In this document: piece by piece, positions 27,073 through 42,737 of the stretch
How the letters are laid out: every line of letters begins with the position of its first letter
Position numbering within the stretch: the stretch's first letter is position 1
Assembly: GCF_036321535.1 (NCBI RefSeq)
Contig: NC_087448.1
Location: 60,512,001-60,576,000, forward strand
Reading direction: 5' to 3'
DNA: 64,000 nucleotides
Source of the DNA: Camelus dromedarius
Taxonomy: Eukaryota
Notes under the pieces: model-generated
What the model was told of the DNA's origin: nothing
Databases searched by the model: none
What the model saw: only the letters and a program-made list of their open reading frames with translations
Made by a program: the position numbers and the translations under genes

Positions 27073-29468
27073 GACTCAGATACCTGCTCACACACATACA
27101 CACACGGAACACCTACCTCTGAATGAAAGATTTTGGTGAGATAGTACCTATTCTTCCTTTGTTAGCTGCACTGCTATACAGTCCATTTTGTTGTTTTTAC
27201 AAAAGCTGTTTTGTTCCAATAAATTGATTTCATAGGCCATTAATAGATAGGAACCCAGAGTTAGAACAACATCAGCCACCCCCGGTTTGGAGCACTGTGC
27301 TTGTTTCATGGAGCAAAAGGTTTTCAAAGGGTCTATTTAGTTTAACTCTGCTGAACATCTTTATAAATAGCTTTTTCTCTACTGCTGACCTAAGCTTAAA
27401 GATTTATGCCACAATTTACTAATAACAAATCTCCTGCAAAACTAAGCAGGATGCAGAGCTCTTTGGGGGTTCGGCTGCCCCTGTGTCCTGTTACTTCTCC
27501 CCGTCGGAGCTCCCGACCCTCTCCAGCCTTTGCTTCCAGGCAGCCTGTCTCGACTAAGTAAACAGAGCTCGAACACAGTGACTTAACTATACTTTATAAA
27601 TTCATGATTGTTGAGCCACAAAATCAACCTTTCCAAATAAAACTGAGCGTAAGTCAAACTGCCAGGAGAAAAAGAACAGCTATCGGGCCCTTAACTCTCC
27701 TTTTCGCCCTGGTTTCCCTCTCTCCATACGATGCTAACTGAAGTCTGTTGGAGGAATACAGTGATACGTGTTGCTTTGTGTTTACTGAAGGTCACTGATT
27801 TGGGGGGAACTGGGCTGTCATCCTCCTCACAGAGCTGCCTGCTGGTGATCACGACTTAAGGAGGGGGCCGTTGATAGAGCGCCTTTGTTCAAAGCCGGGT
27901 ATGGAATTGAATTCAGAAAGGTGCAGCCGTCCCTCTAGGGAAGCAGAGGAGAAAATGAGATTTAATGCATATTAAACAAGCTCTTGTTGAAGACGATGGC
28001 GCTAGATTGATTCCAAGATACTGAGATGAGTCAGCTTGCTTCAAAACGTTACCAACAGCCACTTTAAACATTAATTAGGTAGCTGGTTTCTAAGATCTGG
28101 AAGAAGCGGAGGGTTTTGTTTAAGCCAGCTGTTTCACCGCAGAGGAAGGGCATCTCTAGCTCAGGACGTGTAAATGGGCCTGTTGAATAACTGGGAAAGA
28201 ATGTGTCCTTTGGGGGAGAGGGCAACGAAGAATGCAAGTGATTTTCAGGGAGGACGAACGTGACAGCAGTGCTCTTTTGTGGACTTGTTTGTCTGTGACT
28301 TTGTGTAAGTTCTAGAAATTTTTGGTCTTATGACTCCTTTGTACTTTTAGGAATTATTGAGAGCTCCAAAGAACCTTTGCCAATGTGGCTTATATATATA
28401 TATATTTTTCCAACCATTTTAGGAATTAAAACTGAGAAACTTAAAAATGTTTACTGATTCATTAAAAGATGATAATAAACCCATTATATAGTAACATAAG
28501 CATTTTTATTTAAAAAAACTAGATCTTTCCCCCAAATACGGAAAAGGGTGTTACCGTTTTATAATTTTGCACGTCTCTTTCGTGCCTGGTTTAATAGCTG
28601 ACTGACGCTTGGATTCCCATGTCTGCTCTTGCACAGTCTGTTGTGATGTGTTGTTTGGGTTGAAGTACATGAGGAGAATCTTGCACACACAGGTGTGTAT
28701 CTGGAAAAGAGAGGGCCCCACAGCCCCCAGGAAGGGGCTCGGGGACTCCCACACTTGGAGAACCACCGTCCTGTAAAGTTGGAAGAATTTATGAGTGGTG
28801 AGCTTATTAGCGATCCTGATTTTTCTCTTTTTCATTTCTGTACATTTTGTACAATGAGGATGGATCACTTGTGCAGACTGTAACTGAGAAAGAAGAAGCA
28901 TAAGTCTGTTGAGGAAAGATCACAAAGGCCCAGGAAACCCAGGCAGAAACGTTTATACTTGGGAAACCAGGGAGCCACTGTGATTTCTCTTACAGGAAAA
29001 TGGCTTGTTAAACCTTCTATTGGGGAGTAAGTGGATTAGAATTGGCAGAGAGGAGCTGCTTCAGAGGTGACGCAGTAATTAAGGGGAGAGGTGAGGTGGG
29101 GTGGGGCTCAGATATTGGCAGAAAAGGAAAGGAAGTTTCAAAACCTGAAAGCCATTTCAAAGGCAGAATTACCAGGACTTAGATATATGGAATAAAGGAG
29201 AGGAAAGAATCAGAGATAACTAAGGGTTTTCAAGTCCAAAACATCTGAAGAATGTTTTCTCTCTTACATCCAACCTTTAACCTATTCTGAAAATTATCCT
29301 AATTAACTGAAGTCATATATATATTTGTTTGTTTGTTTGTTTCAGAGTTAGCCAGCCCATTCCAGGGCTTTAGGAGAAAGTCAACACACTTCCCCGCCGG
29401 AATCGATCCCAGTTAATTCCAGAAGGAAGGGAAGACCTATGATGCCCCTGGAGAGTTGGTACCTATGA

Positions 29469-29996
<528 letters not shown>

Positions 29997-31149
29997 TGAG
30001 GTCATGCTTGTTATAAAAGTTAAGGGGGCGTGTCCCCGCTGATGGAGCGTGATGGAGCGCCACTGGGATAAGGACCCACCTCCCTGGAAGAGAGGGAGGT
30101 TCAGTTTGGAGGAACTAATGCAAAATGTTGTGGTCAGAAAAATCTAGACAGAAGCTATTTCATTTCAGGATATGTGTGAGCTTTGTGTGATTTTGAAAAG
30201 CGCAGTTTTGTTTTGATGTATTTTGGAGTCATCATCCAGTTCTTGGAAAGTCTTACTGTGGCCTTGACATGATCAACTATAAAAAAATAAACATCCATGT
30301 TCCCATCCCCTCTCCCTGAACTCACCTGTACTGAATGAAACCGCTGCCACTCTCCCCAGGCTCAGGTAAGTGGAGGCAGCTCATCTCTGGGTCTGAAAAC
30401 AGCCCTTGGAAGAGTTGCTGGAAATCTTTCCAAGACTGGAAACAGCGGTGGGTAAGGAAGATGGGCAGCTGTTCTTCAATATGGCTTTAAATATAGGAAA
30501 GTATTGTTCCTAAAACTCATCACACACCTCTGTGTGTGTATACATATATTTCATACTCACACACCCCCTTTTGGAGAAGTCTGGTGTTCATCTGTGTTCC
30601 TTCGCACTGGCTATAACAATTTGGCTGCATTTCCCTTTGGATTGAGTGTTCCTGTGGCTACAGGGATGCAGTTTTTCTGGGAGCTTCCTCTCCCTGATTG
30701 GCCGTCTGCCCCGTTCCAGGAGACCAAAGGGCTGGCACACGAGATCTGGGAAGTGGCCCGTGTCCATTAAGAGGAGGTTCTGTCTAGGAAGGTAGGCAGG
30801 CAGTGGTGGGCGTCCAGCCTGCTGCCTGGCTCCCGGGTTCAAGTAGCCTTACAGCAGTCCTGGGTAAGTCGTACCCAGCCTGTAGCAGTCTTAGCTGGTG
30901 ACCTTTCAGGGTCCCAAGTCTTGCCATCATGTTGTAAAACTGTTGTCAAGGAAATCACCTTCCTGAGTGCGGATGCTTCTAAAAGTCACATCATCCGGGA
31001 TACAGGATGAGACTGTGGTGAAAAAGGCTCACGTTCTTGGTGAACCTGATGTATCTTCCCCAGGTCATATAGGTCTTTGCTTTCTTCCCTTCCTTCCTGT
31101 TTCTCTCTGGGCTTTATTTGCCGGCTTTAAAAAAAAAAAAAAGTCATTG

Positions 31150-32130
31150 ATGTCTGAGGATTTAGCTAATTTATATTGCCTTCATCCTTTCTTCCTCGTC
31201 TCAATCTGTATTTTAGTTTATAGTTCATATTATTTTGGGGCAGTTCTGTTAGTTTCCACTGTGCGATTTAGGGGTAAGAATTGTTTTCCCTTTGAAGCAT
31301 GTTGGTCCATTGCCTTCTGCTGTCTAGCATCAGTGATAGGAAGTCATGAGTCAGTTTCTCATGTCCTTGTAGGTGACTTTGAGGCGAGCCTCTGGAAGCT
31401 TTTAGAATACTCAGTTTGTCCTTAGATGTTTGAAATTCAAGATGGTGTGACCAGGTCTGGATCTTTTCCCATTAATCAGGCTGTCTACTCTGTGGCTCTT
31501 TTCACTCTAATGACATAGATCTTCTTTCGCTCTGAGACAATTTCATTTTTTTTTTGTTGAAGTATAGTTGATTTATACTGTTACGTGAGTTTCTGGTGCA
31601 CAGCAGAGTGATTCAGTTATACATAAACATATAAAAAATATGGAATGCTTCACAAATGTGTGTATCATCCTTGTGCAGGGCCTTGCCGACCGTCTCTGTG
31701 TGGTTCTGGTTTTAGTACGTGTGCTGCCAGAGCGAGCACCAGCTCTGACACATTTTCTTCTGTTGTTTCTTTGATCACTCCCTCCCTTTCTCTGCTTCTC
31801 TTTCTGAAACTTATGTTGGTCAGAGGTGACCCCTCAACAGTACTCATGGAGTCAGTTCTTGCTGCCAAGCCTGGTGACACTTGAGAAGTCAGTAGGAGCC
31901 AGGAATGCCTAGATTTTGCTTTCCCTTGAGAATTGCATCTGTTCCTGTTTTTGTATAGAATCAGGACCAAGGACACTCACGTTCTTCTTAAAGTGCGAAG
32001 CCCAGAAGGAAACATACTAAAATGAACAGATTTTATTTGTAAGTTCTCTATTGATGCTTCTCTTTTACTTATTCACTTGTATTATTGTTCACCGTTTATC
32101 TTTTCCTTTATAACTTTTCTTTACCTTTAG
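31150..32130 (-). mobile_element. Very old L1-like fragment with a short younger L1 3' end inserted at about 31545-31640
   Basis: Phrases like the ORF1 region of old L1s (ccattgccttctgctgtctagcatcagtgataggaagtc) plus ttttttgttgaagtatagttgattta...gtgattcagttatacata. Confidence 0.5.
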
Positions 32131-32699
32131 ATCGTTCTGGTAAAGACAAGCAGAATGTTTTTACTTAACCAGCCCTTCTGAGCCTAAAAATGTAGCCTGG
32201 TCATCTAAATAATTCAACGTGGTTTCTGAAGTAAAACTGTTCTGGACATTACTTGGAGTTTCATTGCAAGCAGTAGAAACCAATTTTGCCATTAAAAAAA
32301 AAAAAAAAAAGCTTTATTGGCTGAGTCAAAGGAAGACGTGCATGATTCCATCTCCAGAAGGCCAGGTAATAGAGCGGCCTGGCAACTTCTGGGGTAGGAA
32401 TGAATCGGCAGTTTCTTTTTAGAATGTTGACGTCAGAACGATTCCCCTATGAACTTTTCGTTCATTGTGGCACCCAGCCTAAGATTCAGGCTGCTAGGAG
32501 CGAAACCATTGCTTTAGCTTGATTTCACAAACTCCCTTTTTGGGAAGAGATGAGACCTTCATTGACAAGGTCACGATAAGCACAAAGAATGATGGACAGG
32601 CAGTTCCCAAAGGAAAAACAATTTTATAGTCAAAAAACAGAGCCAAAAACAGCCAGCGTCCCCTCTATTGGGGGCGGATGAGCCAGCGTTCAGCTCTAA

Positions 32700-32987
<288 letters not shown>

Positions 32988-33897
32988 TGAGGCTGCCGTC
33001 CGCGGGGGACAGAAGGGGGGGCCCTCGGCATAGTCATCTCTGTCTCTCACATTCGTACGGAGTGTACAGTTCACACAGCCCTCTCCCGTGGTTGGTCGGA
33101 CCCTGCCCCCCGTCTAAAATGATCAGGACTGTACCCTTTTTGGAGCAGTCTTCAGTTTCTTTTAATAAAATATGGAATATCCTGAGCTAACAAGTTCCTC
33201 CGGGGCGTGCAGAAGTGCTTTGGGGTTGGTTGGTGCGATCTCCTTATTCGTTAATTCCTACGCTCATGTATTTAACAGGAATTTATTGAACTCTCATTAT
33301 CTGCCAGCATTGCCTTTGGGTGCATGTTCTGGTTCTGATCCCCTGGAAGTTCTCAGAAACGAAATGGATTTGAACAGCATCCCTGGGAATTTCCAGGGAT
33401 TTTTTTTTAAGGAATTAAAAATAAGATTATAAAATACTTCTCTAACAGAAGTAGGAAGACGGCCTGAGAGCAAGCAGTGTGGGGGATCAGCACAGGCTTT
33501 TTCTTTCGCTGCTTCTTTCAGCAATCCAGGGGAGTCCCTTCCTGCAGAAGGTGGACATGGAGTTTCAGTAGGGCAGAGAGGGGGGCCCAGCTCCAGCTGG
33601 CACATTCTCCCTTTTAGCTACCGGAAGCCAGCGCACGCAGCATCAAGAGATAGAGCTGGTCACTAAGCTCACTACAGAGAAGGTTTAGCTGTCTCTGTTT
33701 TGAAAGCCAGATAACAGACTATTCTGCATTTGAGAAAAGCTAGACTAGCTCCAAGATTTGAAAATCTCATCATGAAGTCATTTGAACTCCATAACTCGTA
33801 AGTAGGAAGGAAAAGGAATCAACCCTTTAGTGAGGAGCTCAGGACAATCATCTCCTGGAGGATTGTCCTGACGTCACGACAGAATGGCCTCTTTAGT

Positions 33898-34035
33898 AGG
33901 GGGCAGGGTATAGCTCAAGTGGTAGGGTGAATGCTTAGCATGCATGTGGTCCTGGGTTCAATCCCCAGTACCTCCTCTAAAAATAAATAAATAAACCTTA
34001 TTACCCCTCCACCAAATCTCTTTAAAAAAAAAAAA
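33898..34035 (+). mobile_element. tRNA-derived SINE (Vic-1-like) with poly(A) and 15-bp TSD
   Basis: gggggcagggtatagctcaagtggtag...gggttcaatccccagtacctcc...aaataaataaataaacc...A13. TSD AGAATGGCCTC(T/C)TTA at 33881-33895 and 34036-34050. Confidence 0.88.
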
Positions 34036-34188
34036 GAATGGCCTCCTTACATTACTGGTCTCTCTGCAGCAATAATACTACCCACCAAACCAAACCCAGG
34101 AGTTTAACAGCAGAGAGGTTGGACCAGGCTGTCTCTGTGCAGTCAGTCTGTCAGTTGGACGTTCCTTTGTTTCACTGCTTTCTTTTAG

Positions 34189-34287
34189 TTGACACACCAC
34201 CCCTGCCCTATCAGGCCACCAAAGCCCCAGGGACCCAGAATGACCGACCTGTAGATGCCACAGCTGATAATCATAGCTGTTTTCCTA
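34189..34287 (+). pseudogene. SMAD9: Remnant of SMAD9 optional linker exon 4: intact acceptor, 3' end and normal donor missing
   Basis: Acceptor ttctttttag-like tract (gctttcttttag) then (V)DTPPLPYQATKAPGTQNDRPVDATADNH, matching my recollection of human exon 4 (VDTPPLPYHATEASETQSGQPVDATADRHVVLSIPNG). Similarity stops at about 34274. There is no GT at 34300-34301, where a 111-nt exon would end. The end coordinate given is a weak in-frame CTA|GTATTT site. Confidence 0.8.
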
Positions 34288-34724
34288 GTATTTCCTATTA
34301 CCACCCCCCTTTCCCCAAAACAAATTGAAAAAGAAAAAGAAAACAAAATGTGCTGGCCAGCTAGTTCACATGTGCTTGCTTTAAGGGGCGGATGGCATGG
34401 TTTTGCATTTTAACTGTGGCACCTCAGTAGCATAGAGTGAATGTTTTGTGTGTCATCTTGGTTGGTAGAATAAGTAAATTTTAACCGAACATTTACAGGT
34501 TTGTAGTTCTTGATGTTTTACTGTGAAATTAGGTATTTAACGAGTTAGTGATTTGGTCCCATCTGTGTCTTTACTATATATAACAGGTTTATGGTGGTGT
34601 CTTTTATTTGGCTTAGAGGGGGTGCTCTTTGAAATATATATACATAGGATTTTTACATAATTTTTTGTGTCTTATGATAGGCTAGATAAATGTTGCTCAA
34701 CTTTAATGTTCATACAGACCATCT

Positions 34725-34860
34725 GATGATCTTGTATACATGCAGGTTTTGATTCCCTAGGTCTGGGGTGGGCTCCAAGAATCTGCATTCCTAACAATCC
34801 CCCGGGTGATGCAGGAGCTGCAGTCCCAGGAACCACACCGAGTGGGGAGGGTCTAGAGGA
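34725..34860. mobile_element. MER5A-like hAT relic
   Basis: gattccctaggtctggggtgggctccaagaatctgcattcctaacaatccccgggtgatgc. Confidence 0.75.
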
Positions 34861-35628
34861 GTTTACTATTTAGCTTATCCTAGAATGAATACGTGAAGGC
34901 CTGTTTGTAAATTACATGACGACTCCCTAATTTATCTCTTTTGTAAATTTGTATTTTAGTGCATATAGGGACACACTCTAGATATAAGAATTACTAGGAT
35001 ATTCAAAGAAAAGAAAGATACTATAAACAATAGAAAAGCAGAGAAAGAGCATGGGTGGCAAAGAAAGAAAAAAAGAAAGAAAAAAGGAAAGAAAGAAAAA
35101 ACTCTGAATTTTTGTTACTGGCAACTTAACTTCGAAAAATTTGAGGTAAGACCAAAACATTCTTGGATTTCCTGATGAAACAGATTTCTCTCTTTAACGT
35201 ATTTTTAATGCCATAAAATAACGAAGCATCCTGTATGTACACAAAGGAGAATGTGAGTCTACGTGGAACCTTTTTTTTCATTCTTAAATAATTTAAAGTC
35301 CTATGCAGTATTTTTGGCTTGGTTTTTCTCATATCCAAACAATTATTTTCTCATCTTTAGGTTGTTAGAAAAGGATGCTCTTTGCCACAGGGATTCAGTT
35401 TGGCGCAGTAATGGTAACACGTCTCCCATCTGTAAAGATGAGGTTACTTGCCAGCCTTCCTTTGGGGGAAGTTGTGTTTCCTTTAGCGGGGTGAGGTTGA
35501 CATGGATCTGTTCATATCATTGTTGCCTGGCCCCCTCGATACTTGTGAGCATGTTTACAAATGCTCCAAGCATGGGAGTCACGAGGACGTTGCCCCTGTG
35601 CCACAGGTACGAGGACCAGACGAGCTAA

Positions 35629-36249
<621 letters not shown>

Positions 36250-37429
36250 TAGGAGGACAGCCAAGATGAGGACTGTGAAAGCAGGCTGAAACTGCAGAGT
36301 TAAAGTATTGTGAATTACTTTTGAATTGCCTCAAATGCACATAGGATAGCTTCTGAAGAAGAGGAGGTCTGGTTGGATGATTATTTATATCAGGTGAAGT
36401 TACCTTTAGAGACCAAGAAGCTCGGTGGTTAAAAAACCACAACTTATTTCTGTTCGGAAACCTTTGGTAGGTGATTGGGTTCTCCTGTGTCCAGGTGTGG
36501 TTACAACAGCTGAATAAACGCAGGGCTCACTTGGGGTCTGGCTGTGATGCTTTCAGAGTCTGTCTCATGGGCGTGATCAGTCCCAGCTGAGCATGAGGCC
36601 TGGTTGAGGCTCTTTCTTTTCTGTTTGAATGGTTGGCAGTGTCCGAATGATGCCTGCTTGTCCGCTGTTATGCTCTGGAATCCCAGGTGTTAAGGAGCCT
36701 TCAGAGTCAGCTGATCTTTTCTGTCCCCAACCAGCAGTGAGACCACCTTGGGAGGTAGCCGCGAGCCTTTTCTTTCGGATTTCTGGGGAGATCCATTATT
36801 TCCCTTGTGATGCTTCCTGTGTTCTTCCTAACGTACCTCCTAGGTGCCTCCTCGTGTAAACCTGAAGACCCTTGATTAGAAACACGTTGAATTTGTTCAG
36901 CGATGTTGAGTCTTAATGGTGACTGTTTTATCCTGTATCTTTCCACAGTGGCTTTGAGGTGGCTTACAGGAAATATTTGTGGTTAAATGATAAATGCAAA
37001 ATAGAAAATGAGAAGCTGGGGGTAAATGAGTGGAGGAGAAGAATACCGGTATGGCATTGTGATTGTGATTGTGATTAAGATTTGCCTCTGGCCTTCCTGA
37101 CAGGGAGGTCAGAAAAGGGAAACTTACGTGTAATGTAATTTTTATCCCCAAAGGGGAAAATCTGTAGCCTTGCAACAGTTCACTGGTGCAGGGGGAATCA
37201 AATCTTTGACTTTGACCTCACTAATAACAAAGTGCTTTAAATAGCCATTAGCGAGTTAGCACTGGAATAAGCAGAGGCAGAACCCAGAAGAAGCTGGACC
37301 ACTGCGTTCTAACATGAAGTCTGTCCACATTCCTCCTTGAAAACCAGGTACACCACTTGAACTCTTTCAAATGACTGATAACTGCCCCCACGGATTCGCT
37401 AACCTGTGTGAGGGACCCTGGCTGACACT

Positions 37430-37590
37430 TACACGTATTAAACTTTTATAGTCAGCCTACAAGTTAGGATTTCTTAGTCCCTAGTTACAGATGAGAGAAC
37501 AGAAGCTCAGAGAGCTCAGTGGCTTACCCACGGCCCCACGAGTGATGTCGGGACCCGCACTGTGGCTCTGTCACTTAGGCCCAGTTGCTC
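37430..37590 (-). mobile_element. MIR
   Basis: ttacagatgagagaacagaagctcagagagctcagtggcttaccca. Confidence 0.65.
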
Positions 37591-40500
37591 CCTCCTGCTG
37601 GAGGGGAGGGACCCGCCTGCTTTTCTGTCCCTCTTAGCTCACTGGTCGAGGAATCGAATCTTTCCACATGGAATGAAAATACTTACCATAAGCCACAGCT
37701 GCGACATGTCATAAGCAGCTCTGAGGTGTTGAAATTAAACCCAGATAGTACTAAAGTGATGACGTTTTACAGTGATTCATTTGAAAATGTAAATCGGAGA
37801 AGATTTTACATTTTCCTTACATGACTTCTAGACAAGGAGACCACACTGAGTTACACAGAGCCCTGTGGGAGGCTCATAACGATCTTTATAGAAAAAAGGA
37901 GAGGAACTGTGACATATCATACCTCTCTTGTGGCTGCACAAAGTAAAGCGAAGGTTATTTCCTGATGGTTTGGGAATGATGAATGATGTAATAGCCAGTT
38001 TGGACCAGTGGAGTATAAAACATGACTGCTTTTTTTAGAGTGGCTTTTAGGATGGCCCTGATTTCCGAATAATAAGGAAAAAACCGCAGTTTTGAATTGA
38101 TGGCATGTGCGTGGCGTGTGCTCTTAAGGTAATTGAGGTTGGATTATATTTCTTAGATGTGCACGACTTAATATAATCATCACCAATACTACTGTCATTT
38201 CTGAGCACCGTGATTTGTGCTGTAACTGAAGTCAGTGGCATTAACCCTCACAATGAGCCTCTGCCAGGTTCTTGGTGTGAAATTGACACGTGGAGGGGGA
38301 CAGGCACGTTTCTTTGCAGCTATAGACATGCAGCACTGGTCCTGTATCGAAGCTGTTCTTCCCCTAGTGGAAGAGAGAGGGGGTCATTATAATAATTAAT
38401 ACCCGAGGCATTAGCCCCAGGTACTGACCTCATGGGGCAAGCCAAGACTTTTCTGAACATAATTATCATAGATTCTGAATCATTGAATTGCTTTTGGAAG
38501 AAGTTTTTCATCTTTTTATGAATCTGTATTTTCTCACACATCTGAAGTTTTCTGTGGAGTTCTAGTGTACTGCGCTTCCCTGTTTTATGAAAGGAATTAT
38601 CCGGAGGCAAGGGTTTGGTCTGTCAGTTCCTTAGGTCTGACCTACAGGTGATTTGGGGATTGCTTCCTCTCCCAGTGGACTTAGTTTCCGTCTTTCAAAA
38701 TGTCCTTCCCATTCTGCCTTTGAATATGTACAAGGTTTCTTATCCTTGAAAAAGTAAATCCTAAAACATTTTAACACAGAATGTCTTACTATTGCAGTCA
38801 TTACATATGATACTGCAGAACACTTAATGCCATGAGAAAATCTTTACAGCATTTTAATACATAAAAAAAGTTGTAAGAGATCCTGTAGAGTATGATCCCA
38901 ATTTTGTTTAAAAATGCACATAAAAGGTTGGAAGGTATATAACAAACGTTAGCTTTATTTGTGGGCTGTGGGTTTGTGGCTGGTTTTTATTCTTTGCATC
39001 TCTGTATTGTCCAGATTTTCTCTAGCGGGCTTTCTTGCTCTTGTGAGGATGGGGTGGGCCCTGGCATGTACAGGCCTGCTCAGATCACTGCATCAGTACT
39101 GGAAAGGAAGAGGAAACCACACTGCAGCCCGGCCCAGAAGAGACGTGAGGGTATGAGTGGCAGCGTGGGGCATTCATTGAGTTCTGCTTGGTCACCACAT
39201 TGTCCAGAGAGACTTAAAGTCTTCAAGAACAAATTTAGGGGACTGGCTTTGTTCCCAGTGGAGAGGCAGCTTTGTGTGAATTGGAAGGATCCTCTTGCTC
39301 AAGAGAAGTTACTGCCATCTGCTGGAGAAGTCTTGTAATAATTGTACAAATCTTAGACTGGGACACACCCTGGGGTTGTGCAGTGCACAACTGCAGGCAC
39401 AGTCCTGGGATGGGACCACCTCCATCCTCTGGAACAAAGCCCTGGTGTAATCTGGAAATCTTATATTTATATTATTATTTTGATTGTGCATTAAAATCGT
39501 TTTTATTTTGGAAAATTTCAAAGATATGCAAAAATAGTCACATAGTAAATCTTCATATTACCGACTCCAGCTTCACTAACGAGTTCCATTCTATTCTTTT
39601 CCTCTGTCCCTCCACAATATTTTTATGAGACTATTTTAAAGCAAATCTCAGACCTCATATTCTTTCTCCTGTATATTTAAGTATATTGTCTAACTACATA
39701 AGGAATTTCTAAAAGTATCATCATCCTCAGAAATATGTGCTTTCTTAAAGTTCCAGATGATCTTTACAATCAGCCAGATTTTAAAATAGTTGTGCAGAAG
39801 AGAGGCAAGGGGAAGATCAGTTACTAACTCCAGGGAAGGTGTTGAGTTTGTGCTCGTAAGTTCAGGGTTTTTTCTACGCAGAGTGGAGAGGCATCAGGGG
39901 TCTCTGATCAGGCCAGTGGGGTAATGAGCTGTACTTTCCATGGGGTTATTTTTCCCTCCCTCCCACTCAGGAAGGGATCCATGCATGCTCCTTCCACTTT
40001 GGGATGCTGACTTCCCTCTGACTTTTAGTAGATTCCACAGCATCGGGACCCGCTCACCAGCCTAACCAACCCGCCCTCCTCCCAGCCTCCCCTCCGTCAT
40101 TGCTCTCATTCAAGGCTGCAGATGACCACCAGAAGGAACAACTTTCAGTCTGACTCAGAAGGCCCAAATCAAACCCAGAGAGTCCTATTAACCACAGCCC
40201 AGGGCTCCAGACTCCCTAGCTTCCTAAAAGGTGGGTGCAGGCACACACAGATGGAAAGCTCAGATTAAGAAAGATGCAGCCCAGGAAGAGATGTGGTCCG
40301 AGGTGCGGGCAGAACTTGCCTGAGGACCACATTGCCTGACTTGTCTCCTATGGCACCATCGTTGGACATTTACCATTACTGCTCTCTGTCCTCTGTGGCG
40401 AGCAGGGAGCACCTCACACATGTGGTTTAAAGCCACTCTTCTGGCCTGTCAAATGGATGCAAGTAAAATAACTTGCCTACTTGACTCTAGGTGCTGCTGT

Positions 40501-42341
40501 CTCTAGCCAAAACCCAGCCCCCGTTCACACCTTGTCCTGGTGCTCAGGGCAGGCTCCAGCTTCTCCAGGCACATCCCGTGGGCTCTGCTCCCTCTTCTTG
40601 CTCAGGATGCTAAACTGCTGCCCATTGGCCAGCCTCTTCTCTGCTTTCTGTGCTCTGCCAACTTGTCTGTGGTTGCAGGTAAAATTTTAACAGGATTGAA
40701 AATCATCCCCTGAATAAAGACTGGAGTCAGATAACAAAAATCTTATCTGTTCTCCTTAATAGGTTCTGGAAGGATTATACATTTGAAGGTCATTCAGTTC
40801 AAAGACATCCTGCACACTTAGCAGCCCCATGCTCTGACTTTCTCCACCTGCTCTCTCTGAAAAAACCACAGCCGCCCCAGAGGCAGGCTTTCCCTGGGCG
40901 TCCTTAAAGGAAGTCAGCTTGGATTTGCCCCACCTCAGCCCCTACCTGTGGGTCCAGCCTAAGAACTAGGTCGCAGCCAATTAGGACCATCCTTCTGCTG
41001 ACTCCTCACTCCAGGGCCACGGTGTCAAACCCTAGGCTGTCTAGGCAGTGAGAGAGGAAACTTGGCCTGAAAATCAAAAGCTGTGCTTCCTCTTTGTGAC
41101 TCTGGGTCAGTTTCTTCAGACAGTATTGGCGTCTGTGGTTAGGATACGTGATACTGAAAACCATTCTTTCCCAAGATTGTATTAAGGGAAAGGAGATGGG
41201 AAAATGAAGCCATGAAGCTGGCGGGCAGTAGCCACCTGTGACGCAGAATTGCCTCCACTGATGCTCAGACCCTGACAGGCTGAGCGGCTCTCTCAGCACC
41301 GTTTCCTGAAAGCAGAGCCCTGCAGCTTGGGCTCCAGGAACCCCTGGAGGTCTGCAAGCTCTACTGTCTTAAAATTTTGTATTTTTATTTTTAAAAGAGC
41401 CATAATCTGTCACTCTCAGTCTATTCAGGACCATTTCTGCGAACCCCTTGTCACTGCACGGTGATTATATTTACAATCACGTTGACGCTAGCTTAGTGCT
41501 GGAGAAGTCTGTTTCTGGTAAAAGGCTGGACAGTGATCGTTCCGGTGTTTAGTCCTCACTAGACCAGAACATCTTCCTTGTCTCTAACCCCAGGCCCTGC
41601 TGTCAATTTATGTTGAATTTTAAACCCAGACATTTGGAGGGAAAGCATCAACTAAAGTTTACAGGGAGCTGCAGCGTCCTCAGGATGCTCTTTGCCGTTT
41701 AGCTCCAAGAACATGAGACAAAGGAGCATGGACTGCATTTGGATTGTGAGTCTTTATATGCTATCTGAAATGGTGGCATGAATGTCACTGTCCATGTAGG
41801 TAAAAAAAAAAAAAAGGCATTGTTTCTATGGTCTGCAATTGAATGCCATAAGCTTTAAAAGGGAATAGTTCTCTTTGAGGTATGTATTAAGAAAAATGGA
41901 CTTATAGTTGTTGGTAAAATACAATTTAAACTTCTTGCTCCCTCTGAAGTGGACTTAGTGTATGCACCTAAGTAACATTTCCATGGTATCATCTGCATCC
42001 AGTTCTTGTTTTCTAAATTTGTGTATGTACCTGAAGGACTCGCTGATGTTTTCCACGTTATGCATTTATTTTGCATCTAATATGAGATCTCCCTTTTAGA
42101 ATGAACAAGCATGAGATGGAGAGTGACCAGAGTAGCCCAGGGGAGCCTGCATTGTTCTCAGCGGTGATTGTAAACCAGGGTTGCTGTTCGCTTTAAAATG
42201 GGCTCGTGGGAAAAAATAACACAGATTATAATGAAAGCAAGTCAGCCTTTGGTGCACGCATTTTACTAGTCTATGATCAGTGATATTAAAATTAACCTCA
42301 CGGGTGACAGTCACATCTCTTGAGGTTACAGAGCTGGGTGA

Positions 42342-42737
<396 letters not shown>

